A stretch of DNA of 64,000 bases from Octopus vulgaris (GCA_951406725.2 OX597814.1:18662001-18726000); one strand, 5' to 3'. Numbered from the stretch's first letter, positions 16,302 through 31,560 are shown. A program made the numbers and translations. Notes: a model not told the origin generated them from the letters alone.

Positions 16302-16303
<2 letters not shown>
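15620..16303 (+). mobile_element. Possible non-autonomous Helitron-like element
   Basis: Ends in a short hairpin (atccg...cgggt) followed by CTGG|T, fitting the CTRR terminus. Begins in (TA)n with a (TGTC/TG)n tract. No TSD or TIR seen. Confidence 0.35.
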
Positions 16304-16344
<41 letters not shown>

Positions 16345-16348
<4 letters not shown>

Positions 16349-16507
16349 GACGAGCTTCTTTCAGTTTCCGTCTACCAAATGCACAAGGCTTTGGTCGACC
16401 CGAGGCTATAGTAGAAGACACTTGCCCAAGGTGCCATGGTGTGGGACTGAACCCGGAACTATGTGGTTGGTAAGCAAGCTACTTACCACACAGACACTCT
16501 TGTGCTT
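16345..16507 (-). mobile_element. SINE family A, 5' half
   Basis: Head to gaaactgaaagaagctcgtcg on the minus strand, truncated at the central (TA)n. Confidence 0.85.
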
Positions 16508-16509
16508 CT

Positions 16510-16794
16510 AAAAGGGGTTGGAGTTCAATTATATCGAACAAGCAGCCAGCCGACGACTATTCACAGGCGCGACCCCGCTATTGTTCGACATTGAGTCTTT
16601 TGCCTGCTGCGTTTCTGCCCTGGGCCGAAGCAACCCTCCTGGTCCTGATGAGCTCCCTCTCCACATTGATGCGGAGCTTAGTGCGGACACCCGGTCGCCG
16701 TAGAAGACCGACTACCAGGACTCCCATCCTCAAACTGGCCAACCAACCAAGCCTCAGGATAGCTGGATTACAGGAGCACGCCACAACTCCCAGA
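16510..16794 (-). ncRNA. 7SL / SRP RNA gene or pseudogene with shortened helix 6
   Basis: Minus strand reads CTGGGAGTTGTGGCGTGCTCCTGTAATCCAGCTA (Alu-domain-like), CGACCGGGTGTCCGCACTAAGCTCCGCATCAATGTGG, GGCCCAGGGCAGAAACGCAGCAGG (helix 8, SRP54-binding motif) and GGGGTCGCGCCTGTGAATAG, ending CCCCTTTT (Pol III terminator). Collinear with metazoan 7SL as recalled. Confidence 0.88.
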
Positions 16795-18166
16795 ATATTT
16801 ACATGGAAACCAGAAAAAAAAAGTAAATAAATGTATGTATGGTCCGCCGAAGCATGAACACGCACCGATGCGGTGTTAAAAAATTCGCTTCGTGAGTACA
16901 CGGTCTGAGTTCAACTTGGGCATGTGCACTCAAGTTCAGTCTCATACCGACCACTGTATTTTGAGTGAGAGTGGTATATGGAAACGGTACGTAAATCATC
17001 TGCTGTAAACTGTATAGTCACGCTAACCACTACACAAAGTCGTGGCTGTGTCTCTCCCCGACATCTCTCTCTTTCTGCACATACACTCACATATATATGT
17101 TCATCTATATATTTCTTTGGAAAATTTAATGGATATTATCAGCAGGATGTATGTGCAGATCTACAGATTCTATAGAGTATTATATGTCAGACATCGGTCT
17201 TGTATACCTTACTTGTTACTATTTTGTAAGGGGAGTGATTGGCTAACACAGAATCTCTGTAATAACCTTGTAATACCATTTCCGTAAAAATGTATAGACT
17301 TACGTAACTAGGCAGGTGGGATCTATTATATCTTATACATAGACGTATATTTACATAAGCGTACATATGTTAGTATTTATACTTCTAATTCAGATATGTT
17401 ATAGCATTTATCTATCTGTGTATTTGTATATACAAAAGGGGGAAACGAAGTTTACAGGTTTCTATTTATTTATTTTGCTCTGCGTTTATTCTTCATTTTG
17501 TATCCAAAAATACCTTCTTTATATTTTTTCTTTAATTAGATTTTTATTTATATTTCGCTTGATATTTACTCATTTCTTTATATTCTTTTGTCGCTCTATT
17601 TGCACACGCACGCGCACGCACAGACACACACAGACATACAATCAGATATTGTTATCGCTTCACTATTGGTTCCCTGTTGATGTTGATGTTTTTTTTAAAT
17701 TTTTTAATTTTTTTTTCTTTGTAGCTGGAATCTGAATTAATCGCGACAAAAGTGTGATGGAAACATAAAGAACCTCCTAATAATAAACAAGAAACTACTG
17801 TAGGAACTTTATGTACTTACTCTAAATGCTTGGAATAGAAGATACATCTCTCCCAGTTCACACCCATGTGTCTAAAGAGAAAAGGTGACATATTAAACAA
17901 TACAGTCATAGTTATACAAAACTACATGGTATACAAATCCAAGATTTTGTTCCTCACACCACATAAACGGGACAAGGATTCCACATAGTTCACTCTGTAG
18001 TATCTATTTCTTCTGTAGAGTAAGGAGTATCCTGGAGAACGGCAGAAGGAATGCCACAAAGTAAGCCATTCAGAAATTTTTGCTGTGAATGTTTATCAAC
18101 ATTGCGAAATAACGGCATTTCAATGCACATGCGCATTGGTTGTAGATTATCAAACATCCTGGTAAA

Positions 18167-18552
18167 CTCTCTTTTACTCTTTTACTTGTTTCAGTCATTT
18201 GACTCCGGCCATGCTGGAGCACCGGGACTTATTCTTTGTAAGCCCAGTACTTATTCTATCGGTCTATTTTGCCGAACCGCTAAGTGACGGGGACGTAAAC
18301 ACACCAGCATCGGTTGTCAAGCAATGCTAGGGGGACAAACACAAACACACACATACATATATACATATATATATATATACATATATACGACAGGCTTCTT
18401 TCAGTTTCCGTCTACCAAATCCACTCACAAGGCTTTGGTCGGTCCGAGGCTATAGTAGAAGACACTTGCCCAAGATGCCACGCAGTGGGACTGAACCCGG
18501 AACCATGTGGTTGGTAAGCAAGCTACTTACCACACAGCCACTCCTGCGCCTA
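18167..18552 (-). mobile_element. SINE family A, full-length with small internal deletion
   Basis: Head cacagccactcctgcgcc at about 18550 and tail ctcttttactcttttacttgtttcagtc at 18167. Confidence 0.9.
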
Positions 18553-18995
18553 TATACACAGTATTTTAAATCAAGAACTTGAAGAGTGCTGCACGAAACA
18601 ATATACTTAAAACGCACACACACACACACACACAGAGTAAGTTTCGGTACGCGCAAGCATATGTAGTCTATTCTTTATTGTTTTGTATATAAATGAATAT
18701 TCTTCACCTACGTATAATTGACCGGTGTGTAGTGTGCCACTGTCGAAACAAAATCACGTTAAAACACTGTTTCAGGTAGAAAATTGGCGTTCCCGAGGGC
18801 TCCGTTCTATTGCGTTTTTTACCAATGAAGTCAACAGGGAGAATTTTCCCTCTTTCTAGACAAAAACCTTACAGATTTTATGTTCCAGTGTGCAAAACGT
18901 GTTAAAAGTTAATGCCCCACATCTATATTCTGAGCTCCGATACTTTATAAGATTTTAGTAAATAAATTTTTAAAAGGCTTAATAAAAAATAACAA

Positions 18996-19930
18996 CTAAT
19001 TAATCAATAATGTATTCACCCTGTTGTTTACAATTTCTTCCCAACGTTCAACAAGATTTTCAATACCTCGTGGGTGGAAATCACTCGATTTCGACTCGAA
19101 AAATTGATCCAACCAAGCTCTTAATTCTGCATCAGTATTGAAAGAAACTCCGTGCATAGCATTTGACAGAGATCGAAAGAGATGGAAATCCGTTGGTGCC
19201 AAATCAGGAGAGTACGGCGGGTGTGGCAGCACTTCCCAGTCATGCGTTTGAAGGGCTTCCTTGGTCATATTGGCGATATGAGGGCGGGCGTTGTCATACA
19301 GCAGAAGAACTCCATGCTGCTGATTAGGTCTTTTCTCTTGAATAAACGTGTTGAGTCGTTCCATTTGTTAAACATAGGGTTCCGCGTTGACCGTTTGGTT
19401 CCGTTCAAGCAATTCGTAATGGATAAAGTCTTCCCAGTCCCACCATACTCACAAGACCGTTTTACGCGGATGAAGATCTTGTTTCACGTGCGGTGTCGCT
19501 TGTTTACCGGGGCTAAGCCATTCCTTACGCTGCTTCATTTTGATGTACAGGCACCATTTCTCGTTGCCAGTAACGATTGGGTAAAGAAATCGTTGCTTTT
19601 GTTCATGAGTTGAGCGGTGACGAGCAAGCAAACTAGTGGAGATTTGAACTTGGCATACCAATCACGAGCGGTTCTTTCAGCTATGGCACCCTCTCCATAC
19701 ACAGCACAAATGTCACAAGCAGCTTTTGCTGCCTTACAACCTTGATTAAAAAAAAATGAAGGAGCTGTCGAAAATGCCCGTTGTTTTAAACTTGATATTC
19801 CAATTTAAGGATGTGAAAATAAACAAAACCTAACTAAAATTAACTAGAAAAAGAAACAATATAGATTCCAAAATTTAAAAACGCAATAAATTCCAAAATT
19901 GAAAAAAAAAAGCCGGGAAATTAGTTGCCA

Positions 19931-19932
<2 letters not shown>
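18996..19932 (-). pseudogene. Mariner (DD34D-type) transposase remnant, internally deleted and frameshifted
   Basis: Minus-strand frames give IVTGNEKW, LYDNARPH and HPPYSPDLAPTDFHLF (mariner motifs). The WVPHEL region is missing. A TIR-like tgctggcaactaatttcccg end lies at about 19915-19934; the partner TIR was not found. Confidence 0.88.
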
Positions 19933-19968
<36 letters not shown>

Positions 19969-20218
19969 CATCATACATACACACGTCGTAACCACCAGCC
20001 CTCTTCCACATGCACATACATACTCACTTATGCACACGCGCACCTTCAGGTTGGAGCGAGGTCACTTGACCCTGTTATCTCCCCTACTGTCCCTCTAGTG
20101 TCTAACGTCTGACCTCTAACGTTTGACCTCCGATCTCTGACTTCTGAAATCAGAACGCCATGTCGGACCGTTAGCCCCCACACGCAATTTTTTTCTCTCC
20201 TTGTTTCTTTTCTGTGTA

Positions 20219-20256
20219 TCTTTCTGTCGAAGAGCGTAGGCTCGAAACGTAAAAGA
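20219..20256 (+). ncRNA. Minimal hammerhead-like motif (A6U core variant)
   Basis: TCTTT-CTGTCGA-A-GAGC(GTAG)GCTC-GAAA-CG-TA-AAAGA. Stem I 5 bp, stem II 4 bp, palindromic ACGT stem III. Lies in a short repeat whose end (20276-20350) also occurs reversed at 808-884. Confidence 0.55.
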
Positions 20257-20350
20257 CTTGTTTTATTTCTATTCCTGAGCGCCATACTAATACATTATTT
20301 GTTTGTACTCCACCTGCCTTTGTCTTTTGTTTATTTTCGCAAACCTTCCC

Positions 20351-20951
<601 letters not shown>

Positions 20952-21036
20952 TAATATATATGTGCATATATATATGCTTGTGTATATGTTTGTATATTTA
21001 TGAATGAATTTACGTATATATCTACCTGTACATAAG

Positions 21037-21096
<60 letters not shown>

Positions 21097-21329
21097 CGTA
21101 TGTATATATGTATGTTTGTATGTATATGTATATACACACACAAATTAACTGGAAAAATCTAATAAGTCCGTATGAGGTTCATCGATTTTTGCAGTATAAT
21201 AATCACTCTCGACATATGCTTTATATTTCATCCTGTAAATTTGGGACCACAAATATAATAACGCTAATTAATTTCTTTTAATAGCGAGTGTAGAGTTGTG
21301 TTCATTAATTATCATTTATTCATCACAGT

Positions 21330-21716
21330 GGTGGGAGGCACTCCGTCGGTTACGACGATGAGGGTTCCAGTTGATCCGATCAACGGAACAGGCTGCTCGT
21401 GAAATTAACGTGTAAGTGGCTGAGCACTCCACATAGACGTGTACCCTTAACGTAGTTCTCGGGGATATTCAGCGTGACACAGAGAGTGACAAGGCCGGCC
21501 CTTTGAAATACAGGTACAACAGAAACAGGAAGTAAGAGTGAGAGAAAGTTGTGGTGAAAGAGTACTGCAGGGATCACCACCATCCCTGTCGGAGCCTCGT
21601 GGAGCTTTAGGAGTTTTCGCTCAATAAACACTCACAACGCCCGGTCTGGGAATCGAAACTGCGATCCTACGCCCGCGAGTCCGCTGCCCTAACCACTGGG
21701 CCATTGCGCCTGCACA
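21330..21716 (-). mobile_element. SINE family B, full-length
   Basis: Reverse complement of the 40686-41069 copy. Confidence 0.9.
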
Positions 21717-22009
21717 GTACGAAGGAGAGAATCAAGCTTTTAACTATATTTTCTACATGCATATGTTATACATGTGAATGGTTTGCGTCAACAGAGTTTC
21801 TCACGTGCAAGGTATATTTGTGTGTCCAGTGTGTACAATATATATTAAATGATATTGCGTCCGCAAAATTAATGCAAAATAAATCGTACTTGTCCTTGCA
21901 GTAACAAACAACTAACTATTAGAACTCGTCAATGTAGTATACACTCACGAAGCCTGCTTGAACAGTTGACAAATTGTTTTTATACATTGACAAAGAATTA
22001 ACTCTGAAC

Positions 22010-22057
<48 letters not shown>

Positions 22058-22064
22058 ACTCTGA

Positions 22065-22151
<87 letters not shown>

Positions 22152-22174
22152 AATATATATGTATGTGTGTATCC

Positions 22175-22208
<34 letters not shown>

Positions 22209-23283
22209 TGGATGCACACGTTATATATATGTGTGTATTTATATATGTATATATATATATATATTTTTTTATATATATATATTACACACATTATATGTAT
22301 GTGTGTGTATTTATATATGTATATATATATATGCATATACATACGCATATGAGTGTGTATGTCTGTGTCTGTGAGTATTTACGTATAATGAGTGCTTATG
22401 CAAGCTAACATGAGATTTACACGTTTGTTATCTATATGTGTGTTTATGCGGAATTTCAATTGACTATGAGAAATGGAATTTTTATTCGGTAAAATTATCT
22501 TTATGCTTGATTATTTATCTTCTCAGCCCTTTATTATATTTATTTTCTTGTATTTCAAAGATACACAGAACATCACTCATATCAGTTTAACTAACAAATG
22601 TATATCATTGTTTTCTGCTATACACGCGTATCTGTCTATTTATCTATCCATTTATTCAGATATATATATATATGTGTTTGTGTATGTGTGCAGGTATATG
22701 TTTGTGTGTATGTGCATGTATGTATATGTATGTATATTTGTATGTATAATTATATGTGCATATATATATGTGTATGTGTGAGTGCGTCTGATCGTATTTT
22801 TGTGTGTGTATATATATATATATATATGTGCATATATATATTCTTGAATTTTGGGATGGATATTTTGTTTGCTAAATAAGCACACGCACTATATATTCGC
22901 TCTTCACTCATGTATTACTGTTCTCATTGCCTGGAAACTTTCGTCAGACATATGTGGCCTCCTCAGCGACACTTTCCGTCTTCGTGTGAGCTCTTGCTCT
23001 GCATAATCCATTCTGGAAGAACAAAATAGATTAAGCAGAGCAAGTGCGCACACAAAGAGAGAAAGAGTTGCTTAGGAATTGATAGATGCGTGACGAAAGA
23101 TTTCCGGACAATGGACATGAGTTAGAATAAGAACAGTAGTAGACGAGGGAAGAACGAATAATATAGTGCGTGTGTTTATTTGGCACAAAAAATGACCGTC
23201 CCGAAATACAACAATATCTGTTTCAACACACAGCTTCACATGAGGCATCCTACAACAGAAATTCATAAACGTATATACATACA

Positions 23284-23670
23284 TGTGTGGTAAGTAGCTT
23301 GCTTACGAACCACATGGTTCCGGGTTCAGTCTCACTGCGTGGAACCTTGGGTAAGTGTCTTCTACTATAGCCTCGGGCCGACCAAAGCCATGTGAGTGGA
23401 TTTGGTAGACGGAAACTGAAAGAAGCCCGTCGTATGTATATATATATATATATGTGTATGTGCGTGTTTGTGTGTCTGTGTCTGTCCCCCCAACATCGCT
23501 TGACAACCGATACTGGTGTGTTTACGTCCCCGTCACTTAGCGGTTCGGCAAAAAAGAGACCGATAAAATAAGTACTAGGCTTACAAAGAATAAGTCCTGG
23601 GGTCGATTTGATCGACTAAAAGGCGGTGCTCCAGCATGGCCACAGTCACATGACTGAAACAAGTAAAATA
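23284..23670 (+). mobile_element. SINE family A
   Basis: Head slightly 5'-truncated; body and tail intact. Confidence 0.9.
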
Positions 23671-24155
23671 AAAAAGTGTTTCAAAATATATATATATATA
23701 TATATATATGCATATACGATTATGTATATATTTGTGTTTGTGTGTGTTCGTCCCTCGCCCATAGCTAAACTGACCTTCATGCTGGCAAGAAGGGATAAAC
23801 ATCCTTCTGTGATTCATCCAACTATACAGTCTCGTCTGATGAATTGGATCAAAGATGATGCCCAGGGATAATATGGACTGTGCCGTACTAATTCCAAGGA
23901 TACTGATTCTGATGTCAATATCATCTGATCGGTGGAAACATATGTAGCGTTGTATTATATATTGATAAATTTCATCCTGGTATTATTGCCATTATGATAT
24001 TTATCCCACGTTATATCGGTATATCCATGATGCAACCCCGAAAATCTGACTCACTATTCAGTATCCTTAAACGGTATGCGGCATAAGGAAATAGGAGCTT
24101 TATTTGCATACATTTAACGTTTCTTAGACGAATTTAAAAGATACATGCATATATA

Positions 24156-25349
24156 CAGGGGTTGGACAAAATAATGGGAGCACCTAGCATAATAGCATCA
24201 TAATTTTGAAATATCTGTAAAACCATCAAAAGCTTGTTTATTTTTATGTTTTTATTTATTTATTATTAGTGTTGATGTTTCTTTTCATATATCAGAAAAA
24301 GGTAATTAAAATTCATTAAAATGACAGATCTATCGGACTTTCAAAGAGGTCAAGTTGTTGGTGCTTATATGGCAGACGCTAGCGTAACGAAAACAGCTGA
24401 AATGTTCGGTATATCAAGAAGTACTGTCTCGAAAGTAATGACAGTCTTTGAGAAAGACCTCCTCGTTGAAACAAAACTCCGGGAGAAAACCAAAACTTTC
24501 AGGTAGGAACGTCGGATTTTTACGCGAATTGTTAGAAAGGATTACAGCTCTCAAAATTACCGCAGAGCTTAATGACCACCTCGAGAAGCCAGTTTCCACA
24601 AAAACTGTTCGTTGGGTGCTGGATTTCTCGGGAAGGCTGCATTCAGAAAACCATTACTTTCAAAAACAAACGTTGCAAAGCGTTTAGAGTGGAGTAAAAA
24701 CCTACAGAATCGGTCCCTAGATCAATGAAAGAATGTAATTTTCTCGGACGAGTCAGCTTTACCCTATTTCCGACCACCGACCGAATATACGTGTGGAGAC
24801 AGCCAAATGAAGCATTTGACCTACACTGCCTTCTTCCACCTGTTAAACATGGAGGAGGATCTGTGATGATCTGGGAGGGGAGGCTATATCTTGGAAATCC
24901 GCCGGCCTATTGGTTTCCCTTCATGGCAGAATTAATAGTCAAGACTATTTAAGAATTTTATCTTATCAAATTCGTCCTATGGTTGCGGAACTGTTTCTGT
25001 CAGGAAACGTAATCTTTCAGGATGATAATGTACCAATTCACACAGCTGAAGTTATTACGGAATGGCACGAGGAACATTATAGTGAAGTTGAACATCTTAT
25101 CTGGCCTGAACATTTATGAGCATTTTAGAAAACAAGTACGGAGTCGATATCTTTCACCATCATCTCCACCAGAAGTGGAGACTGTTTTAGCTGAAGAATG
25201 GACAAAAATTCCTTTCGAAACAATTCAAACTTTATACGAGTTAATACGTCGTAGAATTCGAGCTGTAATTACTGCCAAAGGCGGTCCTACACCATATTAA
25301 AATAAATTGGTTTGAAATTTGAAGGTGTTTCCATTATTTTGTTAACCCT

Positions 25350-25351
<2 letters not shown>
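24156..25351 (+). mobile_element. Tc1-family DNA transposon with both ends and a pseudogenised transposase
   Basis: TIRs CAGGGGTTGGACAAAATAATGGGAGCACCT and (rc) CAAGGGTTAACAAAATAATGGAAACACCT; TA at 24154-24155 and 25352-25353. Frameshifted CDS about 24321-25300 with LSDFQRGQVVGA, VKHGGGSVMIW, FQDDNVPIH and AKGGPTPY. Confidence 0.92.
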
Positions 25352-25423
<72 letters not shown>

Positions 25424-26583
25424 GTGTCTATGTATGTGTGAATTTGCGGATTTATATATTTAGGAAAGAATTGACTAGCCAGTGATTTAGGATCGCATAG
25501 TCTAAATGAAAATAGATTTACGTGATTTGACTCAAGTAATAGATTTTGATATTGCTCAAGTTATCTATTTGTAGAAATAAAAGATGAGTTTAAATGAAAT
25601 TAAAAGTACGTCCGTGCGTGCGTATGTGTGTGTCTGTGTGCGTGTTTGTGCGTGCGCGCGATTATGTTGAGAGGAGCTTATGTAAATAGATGGATTTGCA
25701 GGATTCTTTTTCTGAAACGGTATTTATAGTGTAAAATAAAAGGCTCGATTTTGTATCAAATTCTTGTAAACAGAAGATACATTGTTGCTAAGACGAGAAT
25801 CCAACAACAGTAATATATGCGTCTGTGTATCTATGCATATAGCATTAAATATATGTATGTGTGCTGAGATATATCATGATATATAAGGCACATATTTACA
25901 CAAGTTCTGTCCCATTGTATGAAGGTGATCTGTTAGCATGCTTTACTGCCAGAAACTTGAACTAGGTTTTAAGCCAATATTGCTACGAAAGACATAACCT
26001 CAAATCCTGATTGGACCTAAATCTAAGTCTTAAAACTTTTATATGCAATGTAATATCGCCAATATCAGGTGCCTGTCATTTTCAGGAATTCCCACAGTAT
26101 TTTTCAAGCGAACCATTATAAAATCAGCGGGGCAATGTCCTTCTCCTTCCGTTGCCCATACCGATAATTTTCTCTAATTCGTATTTTCTTACTTCTGATA
26201 TCACATCAACTAGATTAAAGATTCAGGTTAATATATTAGCTAAATCAGTTAATATAATATTTAATCATTGCATATATTCGTTATTCCATTGTCCAGGAAT
26301 TATATCTTATCGTTTTTTACGCAAAAAGTGTTTAGCAAATGGCTCAGCGACGATGAAGAACGTCAAGATCAGGATGATAAAGCGAATAGACACACGACAA
26401 TAAAAAAAATGATTGTATATATAGGTATTAAAATAATACATATATATATGAGTCAATATGATTTCTCCTTATATACAGAATATGTATGTTTTATTCGTTG
26501 TACATACATATATATATATACACCCACAGATACACACACAAACCTCGCATACACACACATACACACACGAAAACACAGACACC

Positions 26584-26630
<47 letters not shown>

Positions 26631-26817
26631 GGTGTGGATGTGTGTGTGTGTGGTGAGTAACTTTTGTGTTTGTGATATTTATGATTCTATCTATCTACCT
26701 ATCTATGTATCTGTCTATCTATCAGCTAGATAGATAGATAGATACATACATACATACATATATAGACATATAGATAGAGAGATAGATACATACATATATA
26801 CATACATAGCTAGATAG

Positions 26818-26864
<47 letters not shown>

Positions 26865-26865
26865 G

Positions 26866-27102
<237 letters not shown>

Positions 27103-27507
27103 TGAATATGCATGTGTATAAAATATTTTGCTAAAACTATTCAAAGTTATTTTTGTTTGGAGTTTTGCTTTGTATTATTGTTGTTGCTGTCATTGTTCTT
27201 GATCCACGCTCTTTCCGAGCGAATCGTATTAATTCTTCTATTCGAGCAATAAGTAAAATTCTCAATATGGCGCTTGTTTATCTATTGCATCGGCTGCAGC
27301 CACAACTTGATCAATGTAGATTCCATCTTTGGAAGCAGAAGGTGTTACTTCGCAAGAAAGGTGTCTATTTAATGCTAAATACAATTTATTATTGTTGTTT
27401 TGATTTGTTTATATGAGTATAAATACTGTCTTCTGTAATAGATTGCTGATTATAATCTAGAGTAGAGTCTATCCTGTTCTTTATTTATTTGTTTATTATT
27501 ATCATCA

Positions 27508-27565
<58 letters not shown>

Positions 27566-27688
27566 CATTATAAATATTTTTTTTTATAACGGCATCTCTG
27601 GCAAAATAAGTCAGACGGAGGAAAAGATAAAAACAGAAAATCTGTAAGATTAATATTAGAACGGATGGATACATACATACATACATAC

Positions 27689-27739
<51 letters not shown>

Positions 27740-27934
27740 CGCATGTATATACATATATACATTATATATTTTGTTTGTATAGTATATATGTATATACTAT
27801 AAATTGTGCTTGTGTTTTTTTTTATACAAGTATATAAAATATATGTAGAAAAAATTTTGTATATGTTACACATACAGGCACACACAAATATATATTTAAA
27901 TTTGTAGAAAATAGCAGCTATCACTCTTAACTCA

Positions 27935-27977
<43 letters not shown>

Positions 27978-28108
27978 CGGAGAGGAAGATTGTTTGTGCG
28001 TTTGTACGCGTATATATGCGAGTGGTGGAGTTAAGAGTTTGTGTATGTGTGCGTGCGTTGTGTTATATATATATATATATATATACATATATATATACAT
28101 ATATATAT

Positions 28109-28160
<52 letters not shown>

Positions 28161-28992
28161 ACGTGATGTTAGTATTGTACAAAAATGTACATATCTACAT
28201 AGATAAAGATAAGCTTATTAAGCCGGAATGAGTATGGAAAATGTTGGCCGTGTTGTCAACTGATATCAATCTACATAGTAATCGCCAGTAATCCATAAAT
28301 CAGGAGAAACATTTCGTTTGAGAGAGGTCATTATTTTTGTTAGTGTAAGGAATAAAGTTCTCTAGTTTTTGCCTTATGAATCATACCTAAACCAATGTGT
28401 TGAGAAAAGACTTTTATCACATATTTTAACTGTTACTTATTCAATAAAAAGATATAAATATAATGTTATATTTGGGGGATGTTTATTTATTCATCTTTTT
28501 TTTTTACCAATTAAACACGCGTACTACTTATTCGATCTTCACTTTTGTTTTATTTGTATTATTTTTAGAATATATGTCTATCAAAGTTCGTTCGTCACAA
28601 TTTTTGTGACCTCATTTGTGATTCTTTGTCCCAAGCGTCTCCGCCTATGCTGCTTATTCCATTTTGTCAGTTCAAAACAAATATATAAACGTAAATAAAA
28701 ACTTTTTTTTTAAATATAAAAACAACATAACATTTTAGCAAATATAAGGGTCATAATTTAGTGAGTATGTATGCTTCCCAATAGCATTCGTAATAAAATT
28801 CAAGACATTTGCAACAGGGATTTGAAAACCATTGGGAAAATAAATATAATTATGCAGGGACCAGTGAGGGACTTCCTGTGTTATTACTCTAGAAATAGCT
28901 GTGGAATTCCGTCTTGACCGGAATACCCTTGATTATAGACTGCACGACTGGGTGTTGAAATTAATATTATGTATAGTAATACTATATATATA

Positions 28993-29224
28993 TTTCTTTA
29001 CTACCCACAAGGAGCTAAACATAGAAGGGACAAACAAGGACAGACAAACGGATTAAGTCGATTATATCGACCCCAGTGCGTAACTGGTACTTATTTATTA
29101 TTCGACCCCGAAAGGATGAAAGGCAAAGCCGACCTCGGCGGAATTTGAACTCAGAACGTAGCGGCAGACGAAATACTGCTAAGCATTTCGCCCGTCATGC
29201 TAAAGATTCTGCGAGCTCGCCGCC
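28993..29224 (-). mobile_element. SINE family C, full-length
   Basis: Reverse complement of 9123-9354. Confidence 0.85.
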
Positions 29225-30402
29225 TATAGTAATACTAAATATAATCAATATAATAAATTGTTTCTGAAGTGGCACGTAACTGCATTGAATTTTTTAATCT
29301 TTTATCTTCCACTTGTGCAGAGGGACGAGGTGGCGGTGGCGTATCGAAGACACGCCGGTCTTGTAAGGTCAATTATCACGTAACGGCGTCGGCGATCACG
29401 AAGCGAAAGAGAGCGACGCGAACTCCCTTCAATACGACTACTTCATTCGATCAGCAAAACCCTACATTTTTGAGAAGTTTTAGGAATTTATTAACTCACC
29501 AACATCCTAATATACATTTTACTCATGTTCTTCCTACCTTCATGTAGGATTACAAATCTGAGCTCGAGAAAAACTGAAACCTAATTCCTAAATATAGGAA
29601 ACCGAGGACAAAGTCATTTGTTTCAACTATAGAAATAATTAGCGAAGTAGGTGGGCTACTTTTCAAGTAACTTTTAAATCGGGATTGCTCATATAATGTT
29701 AATTTATTGTTTTATGTGTGTCACTTTTTATAGAGGCAGCAGTTCACTTCTGTGTGTTAAGAATACAAATCATATAACCTAGGCAATTCAAAGCGAACAA
29801 AACCCATGGCTTGGATGTTTTTCTATCTCGACACTCGCCTAAAACACTTGAGATTCTCAAAATATCACTCAATGAAATATTCTGGTAACAATAGAATTCT
29901 ATTGCCACCACCATCACCACTAGCAACAATAATTAAGGTGCTGACAATGATGATGATGACAATTGAAATATAAAAATAGCCTAACAATTGCTGCTTCGGC
30001 CAGGGTTAAGATACAGGACACTTGACATGTTCAACAAAGCGTGATGCCTAAACCAATCAGCTCAACCAACCAACCAGCTTAAGTAATTGAGTGATACTAC
30101 ACACTGATTGTTCAGAATACAGTTTGCAAAACTTGGCAATCTGGAGCCTACACAGCTGTATTTAAGGCACAGTTTTAATCATCTCGCTACAGTCAAAAAT
30201 TGTGAAGCATGACTGTCACCACGACTACATGAACCTGAAGATTGCAGAATTTAGTTCATGAAAGTACTAGTTCAATCAGAATGAATATTTAACATTCTAT
30301 TATTTTATTTTATTTTATTATATTATATTATCTTATAATTATATCATTATAAGATTGTAAATAAAACGTGAAAATCAGGCAACGTTAGAATTCCTTTTAT
30401 TA

Positions 30403-30435
<33 letters not shown>

Positions 30436-30625
30436 TGTATGTATGTATGTACTATGTGCTTCCACATCGTTTCTATATACCAAATTTGTTCTCATGGCAG
30501 CGATCGACCCGGGAACTATAGTAGAAGACACTTGCTGAATGTCTGAAAGTTTCACGCTAAGCAACTTTGCACAAATCTTCATGGTTGCAAACCAAGCATC
30601 TTAATCACGCAGCCACTTGAGCATC

Positions 30626-31095
<470 letters not shown>

Positions 31096-31490
31096 GCTTT
31101 CATTAGTTTCTGACAATTCAGCTGCTTGCAAGCCACAGCTTATAACATTTCCCATGACGTTAAGCTCATGAGAAAGACATCTATCACTGGATACGTCACC
31201 GCTATATCCAGTGACACAACACTATTCATTAGCTGTCGTCTATTTGATAGACTACAAACCAACTATCTGTACCTACCTATATTTTTTTAAACACTGGCTG
31301 ATGTTTATTTTATTGAATTCAGAATGATACAAATGTTAGCCGTTACAATTAGAATTTGAAGTAACATCTGTGTGCTTGTGACACTGTAGTCAGCAAAAGG
31401 TTAATTTACACATTTACGTTCCGTGTTTGATATGTGTAAAACAAGTTCGACCACATTATCTCTCTCTCTTTCCCTTTCTCTTTCTCTCTC

Positions 31491-31559
<69 letters not shown>

Positions 31560-31560
31560 G

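Noticed and set aside
16578-16901. ORFs of 61-107 aa over the GC-rich segment, and a CTGATGA at about 16645
   Set aside because: Explained by the 7SL-like RNA; no GAAA or stems follow the CTGATGA.
22930-22975. Hammerhead-like CTGAGGA...GAAA on the minus strand
   Set aside because: Stem II is mismatched and stem I cannot be formed; at best a decayed relic.
27260-27375. Possible minus-strand terminal exon (LNRHLSCEVTPSASKDG...APY-stop)
   Set aside because: Weak polypyrimidine tract and no recognisable homology.
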